DNA of 63,527 nucleotides, counting the filler, from Rhabdomonas costata (lineage: Eukaryota), in NCBI GenBank assembly GCA_019059605.1. It is 31 parts of 31 records of this genome, joined end to end, with 100 filler letters (N's around TTAATTAATTAA, not from the genome) between each part and the next. Parts side by side here need not be neighbours in the genome. Positions count along the whole stretch, not along the records: positions 61,577 to 63,527 come from JAHMHO010007054.1; 30 more parts are not named here. One strand, written 5' to 3'. The position numbers and the translations under genes are program-made. Each line of letters opens with the position of its first letter. Positions within the stretch are counted from its first letter, which is position 1. Under the pieces are notes generated by a model. The model was not told where the DNA came from, made no database searches, and saw only the letters and a list, made by a program, of their open reading frames with translations. Below, piece by piece: positions 62,822 through 63,527 of the stretch.

Positions 62822-63527
62822 CTGCAACCACCCCCCCGGGAATAACTCACACAATGGGGAGAAACATCGGAACTGAATGCACAAAACGAAGGAAAGAGAC
62901 CTCGCCACTCTCAAAAAAATGCACGTATGGAGATCCTCAAGGGGACGATGAGTGAAGTATGTGTGTACGTTGGGCGCATTGCGCGCGCGCGTGTGTGTGT
63001 GTATGTGTGGCAACGGCAAGATCATTTCCCGTTCAGGAGGGATCCGGCGACATCCTGCGCATCTCCCCAGGGTCGCTGCATTTTCTCCCCTTTATTCTCA
63101 ACCTACTACGAGGTGCAGGGCCCAATCCATTGCAGGGAAGGTGCTCAGTCTCAATTATTTGCGTTGCTTTCAGCTTTGCCGCTGTTGAGAAATTTCTGGG
63201 TGTATGGGGGGGATGTTTGATAAACAACTGAAAAACCAGAAACACGGCCGATGCAGACCCACAACTTGGAGCTCACAACCTGCAGACGGCGCAAGCAGAA
63301 ACCCAGGAGTAAAACGCGCCCACCATACACCCAGCAATTCAGGTTCCATGGAAAAACAAGCTTTGCTGCGAATGAAAAGGGATCTTCCCTTCTCTTCCCT
63401 ATTGAAGTAAGTGGTCTTCTGTATTGAATACACTCCTCGAGTGCATAGCCCTGTCTTCGGCCGCGCTCATTTAGAATTGACGGCATGTCCCACAGCAGAC
63501 TGTTTTGGTAGACCAGCCCAGACTGCT

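Overview
This window is not a contiguous locus. It is 31 unlinked contigs of about 1.95 kb, joined by an artificial 100-nt spacer (N-run, TTAATTAATTAA, N-run). Most contigs begin with G/T-only and end with A/C-only sequence, typical of degenerate-primer single-cell whole-genome amplification, so gene neighbourhoods across spacers carry no meaning. The DNA is nuclear sequence from an intron-rich eukaryote. A euglenozoan, possibly a euglenid, is my inference from GTGCG/GTGTG and GC splice donors, an MFRR-type mitochondrial presequence, TTAGGG repeats, a WS/DGAT gene and a small domain I recall from trypanosomatids and prokaryotes. Spliced gene fragments that can be reconstructed: cytosolic HSP70 (7 exons), DNA polymerase delta, a kinesin-14-type motor, a HECT E3 ligase, a mitochondrial J-domain protein, a tartrate/isopropylmalate dehydrogenase family enzyme, WS/DGAT, and HEAT, WD40, ankyrin and EEP-domain proteins. 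There is also an intronless M61-like peptidase and a decayed Ty3/gypsy RT. The most interesting signals are a ~220-bp fold-back element built from tRNA 3'-end-like pieces, two dispersed intronic repeat families each seen twice on unlinked contigs, at least three frame-supported GC-AG introns, an M61 homologue with HHxxH in place of HExxH, and a 1.9-kb uninterrupted orphan ORF. I cannot support a new multi-gene system from this window. No database search was run; family assignments are from motif recognition.
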